A stretch of 64,000 bases of DNA from Eledone cirrhosa (Eukaryota), in contig OZ024741.1 in the NCBI GenBank assembly GCA_964016885.1, forward strand, positions 3,534,001-3,598,000. Direction: 5' to 3'. The translations under genes and the position numbers were made by a program. The notes under the pieces are model-generated. The model was not told where the DNA came from. It did not search any database and was given only the letters and a program-made list of their open reading frames with translations. Shown here piece after piece: positions 49,501-64,000 of this stretch (within the stretch, counting starts at the first letter, position 1; every line of letters begins with the position of its first letter).

Positions 49501-52500
49501 TCTATATCTAAGACCCTATCACTGTAGTTCTACATCTAAGACCCTATCACTGTAGTTCTACATCTAACGCCCTATCACTGTAGTTCTATATCTAAGACAC
49601 TATCACTGTAGTCCTATATCTAAGACCCTATCACTGTAGTTCTATATCTAAGACCCTATCACTGTAGTTCTACATCTAAGACCCTATCACTGTAGTTCTG
49701 GATCTAAGACTCTATCACTGTAGTTCTACATCTAAGACCCTATCACTGTAGTTCTACATCTAAAACCCTATCACTGTAGTTCTACATCTAAGACCCTATC
49801 ACAGTAGTTCTACATCTAAAACCCTATCACTGTAGTTCTATATCTAAGTTAAGACCCTATCACTGTAGTTCTACATCTAAGACCCTATCACTGTAGTTCT
49901 GTATCTAAGACTCTATCACTGTAGTTCTACATGTAAGACCCTGCCACTGTAGTTCTACATCTAAGACCCTATCACTGTAGTTCTACATCTAAGACCCTAT
50001 CACTGTAGTTCTACATCTAAGACCCTATCACTGTAGTTCTATATCTAAGTTAAGACCCTATCACTGTAGTTCTACATCTAAGGCCCTATCACTGTAGTTC
50101 AACATCTAAGTTAAGACCCTATCACTGTAGTTCTACATCTAAGACCCTATCACTGTAGTTCTACATCTAAGTTAAGACCCTCTCACTGTAGTTCTACATC
50201 TAAGTTAAGACCCTATCACTGTAGTTCTACATCTAAGACCCTATCACTGTAGTTCTACATCTAAGACCCTATCACTGTAGTTCTACATATAAGACCCTAT
50301 CACAGTAGTTCTACATCTAAGACCCTATCACTGTAGTTCTATATCTAAGACCCTATCACTGTAGTTCTACATCTAAGACCCTATCACTGCAGTTCTACAT
50401 CTAAGGCTCTATCACTGTAGTTCTACATCTAAGACCCTATCACTGTAGTTCTACATCTAAGACCCTATCACAGTAGTTCTACATCTAAGACCCTATCACA
50501 GTAGTTCTATATCTAAGTTAAGACCCTATCATTGTAGTTCTACATCTAAGGCCCTATCACTGTAGTTCTATATCTAAGACCCTATCACTATAGTTCTACA
50601 TCTAAGACCCTATCACTGTAGTTCTACATCTAAAACCCTATCACTGTAGTTCTACATCTAAGACCCTATCACTGTAGTTCTATATCTAAGTTAAGACCCT
50701 ATCACTGTAGTTCTACATCTAAGACCCTATCACTGTAGTTCTGTATCTAAGACTCTATCACTGTAGTTCTACATCTAAGACCCTGTCACTGTAGTTCTAC
50801 ATCTAAGACCCTATCACTGTAGTTCTATATCTAAGACCCTATCACTGTAGTTCTACATCTAAGACCCTATCACTGTAGTTCTATATCTAAGACCCTATCA
50901 CTGTAGTTCTACATCTAAGACCCTATCACTGTAGTTCTACATCTAAGACCCTATCACTGTAGTTCTATATCTAAGTTAAGACCCTATCACTGTAGTTCTA
51001 CATCTAAGGCCCTATCACTGTAGTTCTATATCTAAGACCCTATCACTGTAGTTCTACATCTAAGACCCTATCACTGTAGTTCTACATCTAAGACCCTATC
51101 ACTGTAGTTCTATATCTAAGACCCTATCACTGTAGTTCTACATCTAAGACCCATCACTGTAGTTCTAAATGTAAGACCCTATCTCTGTAGTTCTACATCT
51201 AAAACCCTATCACTATAGTTCTATATCTAAGACCCTACCACTGTAGTTCTACATCTAAGACCTTAACACTGTAGTTCTATATCTAAGACTCTATCACTGT
51301 AGTTCTACATGTAAGACCCTGCCACTGTAGTTCTACATCTAAGACCCTATCACTGTAGTTCTACATCTAAGACCCTATCACTGTAGTTCTACATCTAAGA
51401 CCCTATCACTGTAGTTCTATATCTAAGTTAAGACCCTATCACTGTAGTTCTACATCTAAGGCCCTATCACTGTAGTTCAACATCTAAGTTAAGACCCTAT
51501 CACTGTAGTTCTACATCTAAGACCCTATCACTGTAGTTCTACATCTAAGTTAAGACCCTCTCACTGTAGTTCTACATCTAAGTTAAGACCGTATCACTGT
51601 AGTTCTACATCTAAGACCCTATCACTGTAGTTCTACATCTAAGACCCTATCACTGTAGTTCTACATATAAGACCCTATCACAGTAGTTCTACATCTAAGA
51701 CCCTATCACTGTATTTCTATATCTAAGACCCTATCACTGTAGTTCTACATCTAAGACCCTATCACTGCAGTTCTACATCTAAGGCTCTATCACTGTAGTT
51801 CTACATCTAAGACACTATCACTGTAGTTCTACATCTAAGGCCCTATCACTGTAGTTCTACATATAAGACCCTATCACTGTAGTTCTAATTATAAGTTAAG
51901 ACCCTATCACTGTAGTTCTATATCTAAGTTAAGACTCTATCACTGTAGTTCTACATCTAAGACCCTATCACTGTAGTTCTACATCTAAGGCCCTATCACT
52001 GTAGTTCTACATGTAAGTTAAGACCCTATCACTGTAGTTCTATATCTAAGTTCAGACCCTATCACTGTAGTTCTACATCTAAGACCCTATCACTGTAGTT
52101 CTACATCTAAGACCCTATCACTGTAATTCTACATATAAGACCCTATCACTGTAGTTCTACATCTAAGACCCTATCACTGTAATTCTACATATAAGACCCT
52201 ATCACTGTAGTTCTATATCTAAGACCCTATCACTGTAGTTCTATATCTAAGACCCCATCACTGTAGTTCTACATCTAAGACCCTATCACTGTAGTTCTAT
52301 ATCTAAGACCCTATCACTGTAGTTCTATATCTAAGACCCTATCACTGTAGTTCTACATCTAAGACCCTATCACTGTAGTTCTACATCTAAGACCCTATCA
52401 CTGTAATTCTACATATAAGACCCTATCACTGTAGTTCTACATCTAAGACCCTATCACTGTAATTCTACATATAAGACCCTATCACTGTAGTTCTATATCT

Positions 52501-55500
52501 AAGACCCTATCACTGTAGTTCTATATCTAAGACCCTATCACTGTAGTTCTACATCTAAGACCCTATCAATGTAGTTCTACATCTAAGGCCCTATCACTGT
52601 AGTTCTACATCTAAGTTAAGACCCTATCACTGTAGTTTTACATCTAAGACCCTATCACTGTAGTTCTACATCTAAGGCCCTATCACTGTAGTTCTACATC
52701 TAAGTTAAGACCCTATCACTGTAGTTCTACATCTAAGTTAAGACCCTATCACTGTAGTTCTACATGTAAGACCCTATCACTGTAGTTCTACATTTAAGAC
52801 CCTATCACTGTAGTTCTACATCTAAGGCCCTATCACTGTAGTTCTATATCTAAGACCCTATCACAGTAATTCTACATCTAAGACCCTATCACTGTAGTTC
52901 TATATCTAAGACCCTATCACTGTAGTTCTACATCTAAGGCCCTATCACTGTAGTTCTACATCTAAGACCCTATCACTGTAGTTCTACATCTAAGACCCTA
53001 TCACTGTAGTTCTACATCTAAGACCCTATCACTGTAGTTCTACATCTAAGGCCCTATCACTGTAGTTCTATATCTAAGACCCTATCACTGAGGTTCTACA
53101 TCTAAGGCCCTATCACTGTAGTTCTATATCTAAGACCCTATCACTGTAGTTCTACATCTAAGACCCTATCACTGTAGTTCTATATCTAAGACCCTATCAC
53201 TGTAGTTCTACATCTAAGACCCATCACTGTAGTTCTAAATGTAAGACCCTATCTCTGTAGTTCTACATCTAAAACCCTATCACTATAGTTCTATATCTAA
53301 GACCCTACCACTGTAGTTCTACATCTAAGACCCTATCACTGTAGTTCTATATCTAAGACCTTATCACTGTAGTTCTATATCTAAGACTCTATCACTGTAG
53401 TTCTACATCTAAAACCCTATCACTATAGTTCTATATCTAAGACCCTACCACTATAGTTCTACATCTAAGACCTTATCACTGTAGTTCTATATCTAAGACC
53501 CTATCACTGTAGTTCTACAACTAAAACCCTATCACTATAGTTCTATATCTAAGACCCTACCACTGTAGTTCTACATCTAGGACCCTATCACTGTAGTTCT
53601 ACATATAAGACCCTATCACAGTAGTTCTACATCTAAGACCCTATCACTGTAGTTCTATATCTAAGACCCTATCACTGTAGTTCTACATCTAAGACCCTAT
53701 CACTGCAGTTCTACATCTAAGGCTCTATCACTGTAGTTCTACATCTAAGACCCTATCACTGTAGTTCTACATCTAAGACCCTATCACAGTAGTTCTACAT
53801 CTAAGACCCTATCACAGTAGTTCTATATCTAAGTTAAGACCCTATCATTGTAGTTCTACATCTAAGGCCCTATCACTGTAGTTCTATATCTAAGACCCTA
53901 TCACTATAGTTCTACATCTAAGACCCTATCACTGTAGTTCTACATCTAAAACCCTATCACTGTAGTTCTACATCTAAGACCCTATCACTGTAGTTCTATA
54001 TCTAAGTTAAGACCCTATCACTGTAGTTCTACATCTAAGACCCTATCACTGTAGTTCTGTATCTAAGACTCTATCACTGTAGTTCTACATCTAAGACCCT
54101 GTCACTGTAGTTCTACATCTAAGACCCTATCACTGTAGTTCTATATCTAAGACCCTATCACTGTAGTTCTACATCTAAGACCCTATCACTGTAGTTCTAT
54201 ATCTAAGACCCTATCACTGTAGTTCTACATCTAAGACCCTATCACTGTAGTTCTACATCTAAGACCCTATCACTGTAGTTCTATATCTAAGTTAAGACCC
54301 TATCACTGTAGTTCTACATCTAAGGCCCTATCACTGTAGTTCTATATCTAAGACCCTATCACTGTAGTTCTACATCTAAGACCCTATCACTGTAGTTCTA
54401 CATCTAAGACCCTATCACTGTAGTTCTATATCTAAGACCCTATCACTGTAGTTCTACATCTAAGACCCATCACTGTAGTTCTAAATGTAAGACCCTATCT
54501 CTGTAGTTCTACATCTAAAACCCTATCACTATAGTTCTATATCTAAGACCCTACCACTGTAGTTCTACATCTAAGACCTTAACACTGTAGTTCTATATCT
54601 AAGACTCTATCACTGTAGTTCTACATGTAAGACCCTGCCACTGTAGTTCTACATCTAAGACCCTATCACTGTAGTTCTACATCTAAGACCCTATCACTGT
54701 AGTTCTACATCTAAGACCCTATCACTGTAGTTCTATATCTAAGTTAAGACCCTATCACTGTAGTTCTACATCTAAGGCCCTATCACTGTAGTTCAACATC
54801 TAAGTTAAGACCCTATCACTGTAGTTCTACATCTAAGACCCTATCACTGTAGTTCTACATCTAAGTTAAGACCCTCTCACTGTAGTTCTACATCTAAGTT
54901 AAGACCGTATCACTGTAGTTCTACATCTAAGACCCTATCACTGTAGTTCTACATCTAAGACCCTATCACTGTAGTTCTACATATAAGACCCTATCACAGT
55001 AGTTCTACATCTAAGACCCTATCACTGTAGTTCTATATCTAAGACCCTATCACTGTAGTTCTACATCTAAGACCCTATCACTGCAGTTCTACATCTAAGG
55101 CTCTATCACTGTAGTTCTACATCTAAGACACTATCACTGTAGTTCTACATCTAAGGCCCTATCACTGTAGTTCTACATATAAGACCCTATCACTGTAGTT
55201 CTAATTATAAGTTAAGACCCTATCACTGTAGTTCTATATCTAAGTTAAGACTCTATCACTGTAGTTCTACATCTAAGACCCTATCACTGTAGTTCTACAT
55301 CTAAGGCCCTATCACTGTAGTTCTACATGTAAGTTAAGACCCTATCACTGTAGTTCTATATCTAAGTTCAGACCCTATCACTGTAGTTCTACATCTAAGA
55401 CCCTATCACTGTAGTTCTACATCTAAGACCCTATCACTGTAATTCTACATATAAGACCCTATCACTGTAGTTCTACATCTAAGACCCTATCACTGTAATT

Positions 55501-58500
55501 CTACATATAAGACCCTATCACTGTAGTTCTATATCTAAGACCCTATCACTGTAGTTCTATATCTAAGACCCCATCACTGTAGTTCTACATCTAAGACCCT
55601 ATCACTGTAGTTCTATATCTAAGACCCTATCACTGTAGTTCTATATCTAAGACCCTATCACTGTAGTTCTACATCTAAGACCCTATCACTGTAGTTCTAC
55701 ATCTAAGACCCTATCACTGTAATTCTACATATAAGACCCTATCACTGTAGTTCTACATCTAAGACCCTATCACTGTAATTCTACATATAAGACCCTATCA
55801 CTGTAGTTCTATATCTAAGACCCTATCACTGTAGTTCTATATCTAAGACCCTATCACTGTAGTTCTACATCTAAGACCCTATCAATGTAGTTCTACATCT
55901 AAGGCCCTATCACTGTAGTTCTACATCTAAGTTAAGACCCTATCACTGTAGTTTTACATCTAAGACCCTATCACTGTAGTTCTACATCTAAGGCCCTATC
56001 ACTGTAGTTCTACATCTAAGTTAAGACCCTATCACTGTAGTTCTACATCTAAGTTAAGACCCTATCACTGTAGTTCTACATGTAAGACCCTATCACTGTA
56101 GTTCTACATTTAAGACCCTATCACTGTAGTTCTACATCTAAGGCCCTATCACTGTAGTTCTATATCTAAGACCCTATCACAGTAATTCTACATCTAAGAC
56201 CCTATCACTGTAGTTCTATATCTAAGACCCTATCACTGTAGTTCTACATCTAAGGCCCTATCACTGTAGTTCTACATCTAAGACCCTATCACTGTAGTTC
56301 TACATCTAAGACCCTATCACTGTAGTTCTACATCTAAGACCCTATCACTGTAGTTCTACATCTAAGGCCCTATCACTGTAGTTCTATATCTAAGACCCTA
56401 TCACTGAGGTTCTACATCTAAGGCCCTATCACTGTAGTTCTATATCTAAGACCCTATCACTGTAGTTCTACATCTAAGACCCTATCACTGTAGTTCTATA
56501 TCTAAGACCCTATCACTGTAGTTCTACATCTAAGACCCATCACTGTAGTTCTAAATGTAAGACCCTATCTCTGTAGTTCTACATCTAAAACCCTATCACT
56601 ATAGTTCTATATCTAAGACCCTACCACTGTAGTTCTACATCTAAGACCCTATCACTGTAGTTCTATATCTAAGACCTTATCACTGTAGTTCTATATCTAA
56701 GACTCTATCACTGTAGTTCTACATCTAAAACCCTATCACTATAGTTCTATATCTAAGACCCTACCACTATAGTTCTACATCTAAGACCTTATCACTGTAG
56801 TTCTATATCTAAGACCCTATCACTGTAGTTCTACAACTAAAACCCTATCACTATAGTTCTATATCTAAGACCCTACCACTGTAGTTCTACATCTAGGACC
56901 CTATCACTGTAGTTCTATATCTAAGACCTTATCACTGTAGTTCTATATCTAAGACCCTATCACTGTAGTTCTACATCTAAAACCCTATCACTGTAGTTCT
57001 ACATCTAAGACCCTGTCACTGTAGTTCTACATCTAAGACCTTTTCACTGTAGTTCTATATCTAAGACTCTATCACTGTAGTTCTATATCTAAGACTCTAT
57101 CACTGTAGTTCTACATCTAAGACCCTATCACTGTAGTTCTACATCTAAGTTAAGACCCTATCACTGTAGTTCTACATCTAAGACCCTATCACTGTAGTTC
57201 TACATCTAAGACCCTATCAATGTAGTTCTACATCTAAGGCCCTATCACTGTAGTTCTACATCTAAGTTAAGACCCTATCACTGTAGTTCTACATCTAAGA
57301 CCCTATCACTGTAGTTCTACATCTAAGGCCCTATCACTGTAGTTCTACATCTAAGTTAAGACCCTATCACTGTAGTTCTAAATCTAAGACCCTATCACTG
57401 TAGTTCTACATCTAAGACCCTATCACTGTAGTTCTATATCTAAAACCCTATCACAGTAGTTCTACATCTAAGTTAAGACAGTCACTGTAGTTCTACATAT
57501 AAGTTAAGACCCTATCACTGTAGTTCTACATCTAAGACCCTATCACTGTAGTTCTACATCTAAGACCCTATCACTGTAGTTCTATATCTAAGACCCTATC
57601 ACTGTAGCTCTACATCTAAGATCCTATCACTGTAGGTCTACATCTAAGACCCTATCACTGTAGTTCTACATCTAAGACCCTATCACTGTAGTTCTACATC
57701 TAAGACACTATGACTGTAGTTCTATATCCAAGACCCTATCACTGTAGTTCTACATCTAAGACCCTATGACTGTAGTTCTATATCTAAGACCCTATCACTG
57801 TAGTTCTACATCTAAGGCCCTATCACCTGTAGTTCTATATCTAAGACCCTATCACTGTAGTTCTATATCTAAGACCCTATCACAGTAGTTCTACATCTAA
57901 GTTAAGACCCTATCACTGTAGTTCTACATCTAAGACCCTATCACTGTAGTTTTATATCCAAGACCCTATCACTGTAGTTCTACATCTAAGACCCTATCAC
58001 TGTAGTTCTACATATAAGACCCTATCACTGTAGTTCTACATATAAGACCCTATCACTGTAGTTCTACATATAAGACCCTATCACTGTAGTTCTACATCTA
58101 AGGCCCTATCACTGTAGTTCTATATCTAAGACCCTATCACTGTAGTTCTACATATAAGACCGTATCACTGTAGTTCTACATATAAGACCCTATCATTATA
58201 GTTCTACATCTAAGACCCTATCACTGTAGTTCTATATCTAAGACCGTATCACAGTAGTTCTATATCTAAGACCCTATCACTGTAGTTCTACATATAAGGC
58301 CCTATCACTGTAGTTCTATATCTAAGACCCTATCACTGTAGTTCTACATCTAAGACCCTATCAATGTAGTTCTACATCTAAGGCCCTATCACTGTAGTTC
58401 TATATCTAAATTAAGACCCTATCACTGTAGTTCTACATCTAAGACCCTATCACTGTAGTTCTATATCTAAGACCCTATCACTGTAGTTCTATATCTAAGA

Positions 58501-61500
58501 CCCTATCACTGTAGTTCTACATCTAAGACCCTATCACTGTAGTTCCACATCTAAGACCCTATCACTGTAATTCTACATATAAGACCCTATCACTGTAGTT
58601 CTACATCTAAGACCCTATCACTGTAATTCTACATATAAGACCCTATCACTGTAGTTCTATATCTAAGACCCTATCACTGTAGTTCTATATCTAAGACCCT
58701 ATCACTGTAGTTCTACATCTAAGACCCTATCACTGTAGTTCTATATCTAAGACCCTATCACTGTAGTTCTATATTTAAGACCCTATCACTGTAGTTCTAC
58801 ATCTAAGACCCTATCACTGTAGTTCTACATCTAAGACCCTATCACTGTAATTCTACATATAAGACCCTATCACTGTAGTTCTACATCTAAGACCCTATCA
58901 CTGTAATTCTACATATAAGACCCTATCACTGTAGTTCTATATCTAAGACCCTATCACTGTAGTTCTATATCTAAGACCCTATCACTGTAGTTCTACATCT
59001 AAGACCCTATCAATGTAGTTCTACATCTAAGGCCCTATCACTGTAGTTCTACATCTAAGTTAAGACCCTATCACTGTAGTTTTACATCTAAGACCCTATC
59101 ACTGTAGTTCTACATCTAAGGCCCTATCACTGTAGTTCTACATCTAAGTTAAGACCCTATCACTGTAGTTCTACATCTAAGTTAAGACCCTATCACTGTA
59201 GTTCTACATCTAAGACCCTATCACTGTAGTTCTACATTTAAGACCCTATCACTGTAGTTCTACATCTAAGTTAAGACAGTCACTGTAGTTCTACATATAA
59301 GTTAAGACCCTATCACTGTAGTTCTACATCTAAGACCCTATCACTGTAGTTCTATATCTAAGACCCTATCACTGTAGTTCTACATCTAAGGCCCTATCAC
59401 TGTAGTTCTATATCTAAGACCCTATCACAGTAGTTCTACATCTAAGACCCTATCACTGTAGTTCTACATCTAAGACCCTATCACTGTAGTTCTACATCTA
59501 AGACCCTATCACTGTAGTTCTACATCTAAGGCCCTATCACTGTAGTTCTATATCTAAGACCCTATCACTGAGGTTCTACATCTAAGGCCCTATCACTGTA
59601 GTTCTATATCTAAGACCCTATCACTGTAGTTCTATATCTAAGACCCTATCACAGTAGTTCTACATCTAAGTTAAGACCCTATCACTGTAGTTCTACATCT
59701 AAGACCCTATCACTGTAGTTTTATATCCAAGACCCTGTCACTGTAGTTCTACATCTAAGACCCTATCACTGTAGTTCTACATCTAAGACCCTATCACTGT
59801 AGTTCTACATCTAAGACCCTATCACTGTAGTTCTACATCTAAGACCCTATCACTGTAGTTCTACATCTAAGACCCTATCACTGTAGTTCTATATCTAAGT
59901 TAAGACCCTATCACTGTAGTTCTATATCTAAGTTAAGACCCTATCACTGTAGTTCTATATCTAAGACCCTATCACTGTAGTTCTACATCTAAGACCCTAT
60001 CACTGCAGTTCTACATCTAAGGCTCTATCACTGTAGTTCTACATCTAAGACCCTATCACTGTAGTTCTACATCTAAGACCCTATCACAGTAGTTCTACAT
60101 CTAAGACCCTATCACAGTAGTTCTATATCTAAGTTAAGACCCTATCATTGTAGTTCTACATCTAAGGCCCTATCACTGTAGTTCTATATCTAAGACCCTA
60201 TCACTATAGTTCTACATCTAAGACCCTATCACTGTAGTTCTACATCTAAAACCCTATCACTGTAGTTCTACATCTAAGACCCTGTCACTGTAGTTCTACA
60301 TCTAAGACCTTTTCACTGTAGTTCTATATCTAAGACTCTATCACTGTAGTTCTATATCTAAGACTCTATCACTGTAGTTCTACATCTAAAACCCTATCAC
60401 TATAGTTCTATATCTAAGACCCTACCACTATAGTTCTACATCTAAGACCTTATCACTGTAGTTCTATATCTAAGACCCTATCACTGTAGTTCTACAACTA
60501 AAACCCTATCACTATAGTTCTATATCTAAGACCCTACCACTGTAGTTCTACATCTAGGACCCTATCACTGTAGTTCTATATCTAAGACCTTATCACTGTA
60601 GTTCTATATCTAAGACCCTATCACTGTAGTTCTACATCTAAAACCCTATCACTGTAGTTCTACATCTAAGACCCTGTCACTGTAGTTCTACATCTAAGAC
60701 CTTTTCACTGTAGTTCTATATCTAAGACTCTATCACTGTAGTTCTATATCTAAGACTCTATCACTGTAGTTCTACATCTAAGACCCTATCACTGTAGTTC
60801 TACATCTAAGTTAAGACCCTATCACTGTAGTTCTACATCTAAGACCCTATCACTGTAGTTCTACATCTAAGACCCTATCAATGTAGTTCTACATCTAAGG
60901 CCCTATCACTGTAGTTCTACATCTAAGTTAAGACCCTATCACTGTAGTTCTACATCTAAGACCCTATCACTGTAGTTCTACATCTAAGGCCCTATCACTG
61001 TAGTTCTACATCTAAGTTAAGACCCTATCACTGTAGTTCTAAATCTAAGACCCTATCACTGTAGTTCTACATCTAAGACCCTATCACTGTAGTTCTATAT
61101 CTAAAACCCTATCACAGTAGTTCTACATCTAAGTTAAGACAGTCACTGTAGTTCTACATATAAGTTAAGACCCTATCACTGTAGTTCTACATCTAAGACC
61201 CTATCACTGTAGTTCTACATCTAAGACCCTATCACTGTAGTTCTATATCTAAGACCCTATCACTGTAGCTCTACATCTAAGATCCTATCACTGTAGGTCT
61301 ACATCTAAGACCCTATCACTGTAGTTCTACATCTAAGACCCTATCACTGTAGTTCTACATCTAAGACACTATGACTGTAGTTCTATATCCAAGACCCTAT
61401 CACTGTAGTTCTACATCTAAGACCCTATGACTGTAGTTCTATATCTAAGACCCTATCACTGTAGTTCTACATCTAAGGCCCTATCACCTGTAGTTCTATA

Positions 61501-64000
61501 TCTAAGACCCTATCACTGTAGTTCTATATCTAAGACCCTATCACAGTAGTTCTACATCTAAGTTAAGACCCTATCACTGTAGTTCTACATCTAAGACCCT
61601 ATCACTGTAGTTTTATATCCAAGACCCTATCACTGTAGTTCTACATCTAAGACCCTATCACTGTAGTTCTACATATAAGACCCTATCACTGTAGTTCTAC
61701 ATATAAGACCCTATCACTGTAGTTCTACATATAAGACCCTATCACTGTAGTTCTACATCTAAGGCCCTATCACTGTAGTTCTATATCTAAGACCCTATCA
61801 CTGTAGTTCTACATATAAGACCGTATCACTGTAGTTCTACATATAAGACCCTATCATTATAGTTCTACATCTAAGACCCTATCACTGTAGTTCTATATCT
61901 AAGACCGTATCACAGTAGTTCTATATCTAAGACCCTATCACTAGTTCTACATATAAGGCCCTATCACTGTAGTTCTATATCTAAGACCCTATCACTGTAG
62001 TTCTACATCTAAGACCCTATCAATGTAGTTCTACATCTAAGGCCCTATCACTGTAGTTCTATATCTAAATTAAGACCCTATCACTGTAGTTCTACATCTA
62101 AGACCCTATCACTGTAGTTCTATATCTAAGACCCTATCACTGTAGTTCTATATCTAAGACCCTATCACTGTAGTTCTACATCTAAGACCCTATCACTGTA
62201 GTTCCACATCTAAGACCCTATCACTGTAATTCTACATATAAGACCCTATCACTGTAGTTCTACATCTAAGACCCTATCACTGTAATTCTACATATAAGAC
62301 CCTATCACTGTAGTTCTATATCTAAGACCCTATCACTGTAGTTCTATATCTAAGACCCTATCACTGTAGTTCTACATCTAAGACCCTATCACTGTAGTTC
62401 TATATCTAAGACCCTATCACTGTAGTTCTATATTTAAGACCCTATCACTGTAGTTCTACATCTAAGACCCTATCACTGTAGTTCTACATCTAAGACCCTA
62501 TCACTGTAATTCTACATATAAGACCCTATCACTGTAGTTCTACATCTAAGACCCTATCACTGTAATTCTACATATAAGACCCTATCACTGTAGTTCTATA
62601 TCTAAGACCCTATCACTGTAGTTCTATATCTAAGACCCTATCACTGTAGTTCTACATCTAAGACCCTATCAATGTAGTTCTACATCTAAGGCCCTATCAC
62701 TGTAGTTCTACATCTAAGTTAAGACCCTATCACTGTAGTTTTACATCTAAGACCCTATCACTGTAGTTCTACATCTAAGGCCCTATCACTGTAGTTCTAC
62801 ATCTAAGTTAAGACCCTATCACTGTAGTTCTACATCTAAGTTAAGACCCTATCACTGTAGTTCTACATCTAAGACCCTATCACTGTAGTTCTACATTTAA
62901 GACCCTATCACTGTAGTTCTACATCTAAGTTAAGACAGTCACTGTAGTTCTACATATAAGTTAAGACCCTATCACTGTAGTTCTACATCTAAGACCCTAT
63001 CACTGTAGTTCTATATCTAAGACCCTATCACTGTAGTTCTACATCTAAGGCCCTATCACTGTAGTTCTATATCTAAGACCCTATCACAGTAGTTCTACAT
63101 CTAAGACCCTATCACTGTAGTTCTACATCTAAGACCCTATCACTGTAGTTCTACATCTAAGACCCTATCACTGTAGTTCTACATCTAAGGCCCTATCACT
63201 GTAGTTCTATATCTAAGACCCTATCACTGAGGTTCTACATCTAAGGCCCTATCACTGTAGTTCTATATCTAAGACCCTATCACTGTAGTTCTATATCTAA
63301 GACCCTATCACAGTAGTTCTACATCTAAGTTAAGACCCTATCACTGTAGTTCTACATCTAAGACCCTATCACTGTAGTTTTATATCCAAGACCCTGTCAC
63401 TGTAGTTCTACATCTAAGACCCTATCACTGTAGTTCTACATCTAAGACCCTATCACTGTAGTTCTACATCTAAGACCCTATCACTGTAGTTCTACATCTA
63501 AGACCCTATCACTGTAGTTCTACATCTAAGACCCTATCACTGTAGTTCTATATCTAAGTTAAGACCCTATCACTGTAGTTCTATATCTAAGTTAAGACCC
63601 TATCACTGTAGTTCTATATCTAAGACCCTATCACTGTAGTTCTACATCTAAGACCCTATCACTGCAGTTCTACATCTAAGGCTCTATCACTGTAGTTCTA
63701 CATCTAAGACCCTATCACTGTAGTTCTACATCTAAGACCCTATCACAGTAGTTCTACATCTAAGACCCTATCACAGTAGTTCTATATCTAAGTTAAGACC
63801 CTATCATTGTAGTTCTACATCTAAGGCCCTATCACTGTAGTTCTATATCTAAGACCCTATCACTATAGTTCTACATCTAAAACCCTATCACTGTAGTTCT
63901 ACATCTAAGACCCTGTCACTGTAGTTCTACATCTAAGACCTTTTCACTGTAGTTCTATATCTAAGACTCTATCACTGTAGTTCTATATCTAAGACTCTAT
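19505..64000. repeat. 28-bp satellite (with 33-bp variants), >44 kb, ~1500 monomers, running off the window end
   Basis: Consensus AGACCCTATCACTGTAGTTCTA(C/T)ATCTA, with a 33-bp form carrying an extra AGTTA. Recurrent variant monomers define higher-order repeats. No unique spacers seen. Confidence 0.99.
19991..20337 (-). repeat. inverted block of ~12 satellite monomers
   Basis: Reads TAGAACTACAGTGATAGGGTCTTAGATG, the reverse complement of the monomer. The forward orientation resumes at ~20335. Confidence 0.97.

Noticed and set aside
19505-64000. CRISPR-like array (28-33-bp repeats with a dyad)
   Set aside because: Monomers are head-to-tail with no unique spacers, there are no cas genes, and the context is eukaryotic.

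Overview
Eukaryotic, repeat-dominated DNA. The tRNA-derived SINEs and (TA)n/(TG)n tracts look like cephalopod/Octopus repeats (inference from recalled consensus sequences). No intact cellular gene is evident, apart from one possible terminal exon at about 17.6-17.8 kb. Positions 1-9.2 kb are a retroelement graveyard: SINE copies, a CRE-like endonuclease fragment, and at least two Penelope-like elements (RT plus C-terminal GIY-YIG) with inverted segments, inserted at (TA)n tracts. This region also holds five type I hammerhead-ribozyme-like folds (four distinct sequences), most with non-canonical cores or long stem II. Positions 10.76-16.88 kb are a decayed RTE-type LINE on the minus strand, two short coding segments of which have been amplified into tandem arrays (56 bp x ~90 and 47 bp x ~13). 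The 1718-aa and other long ORFs there are artefacts of a stop-free repeat. From ~19.5 kb to the end of the window lies a 28/33-bp satellite of more than 44 kb, with one short inverted block and kilobase-scale higher-order repeats.
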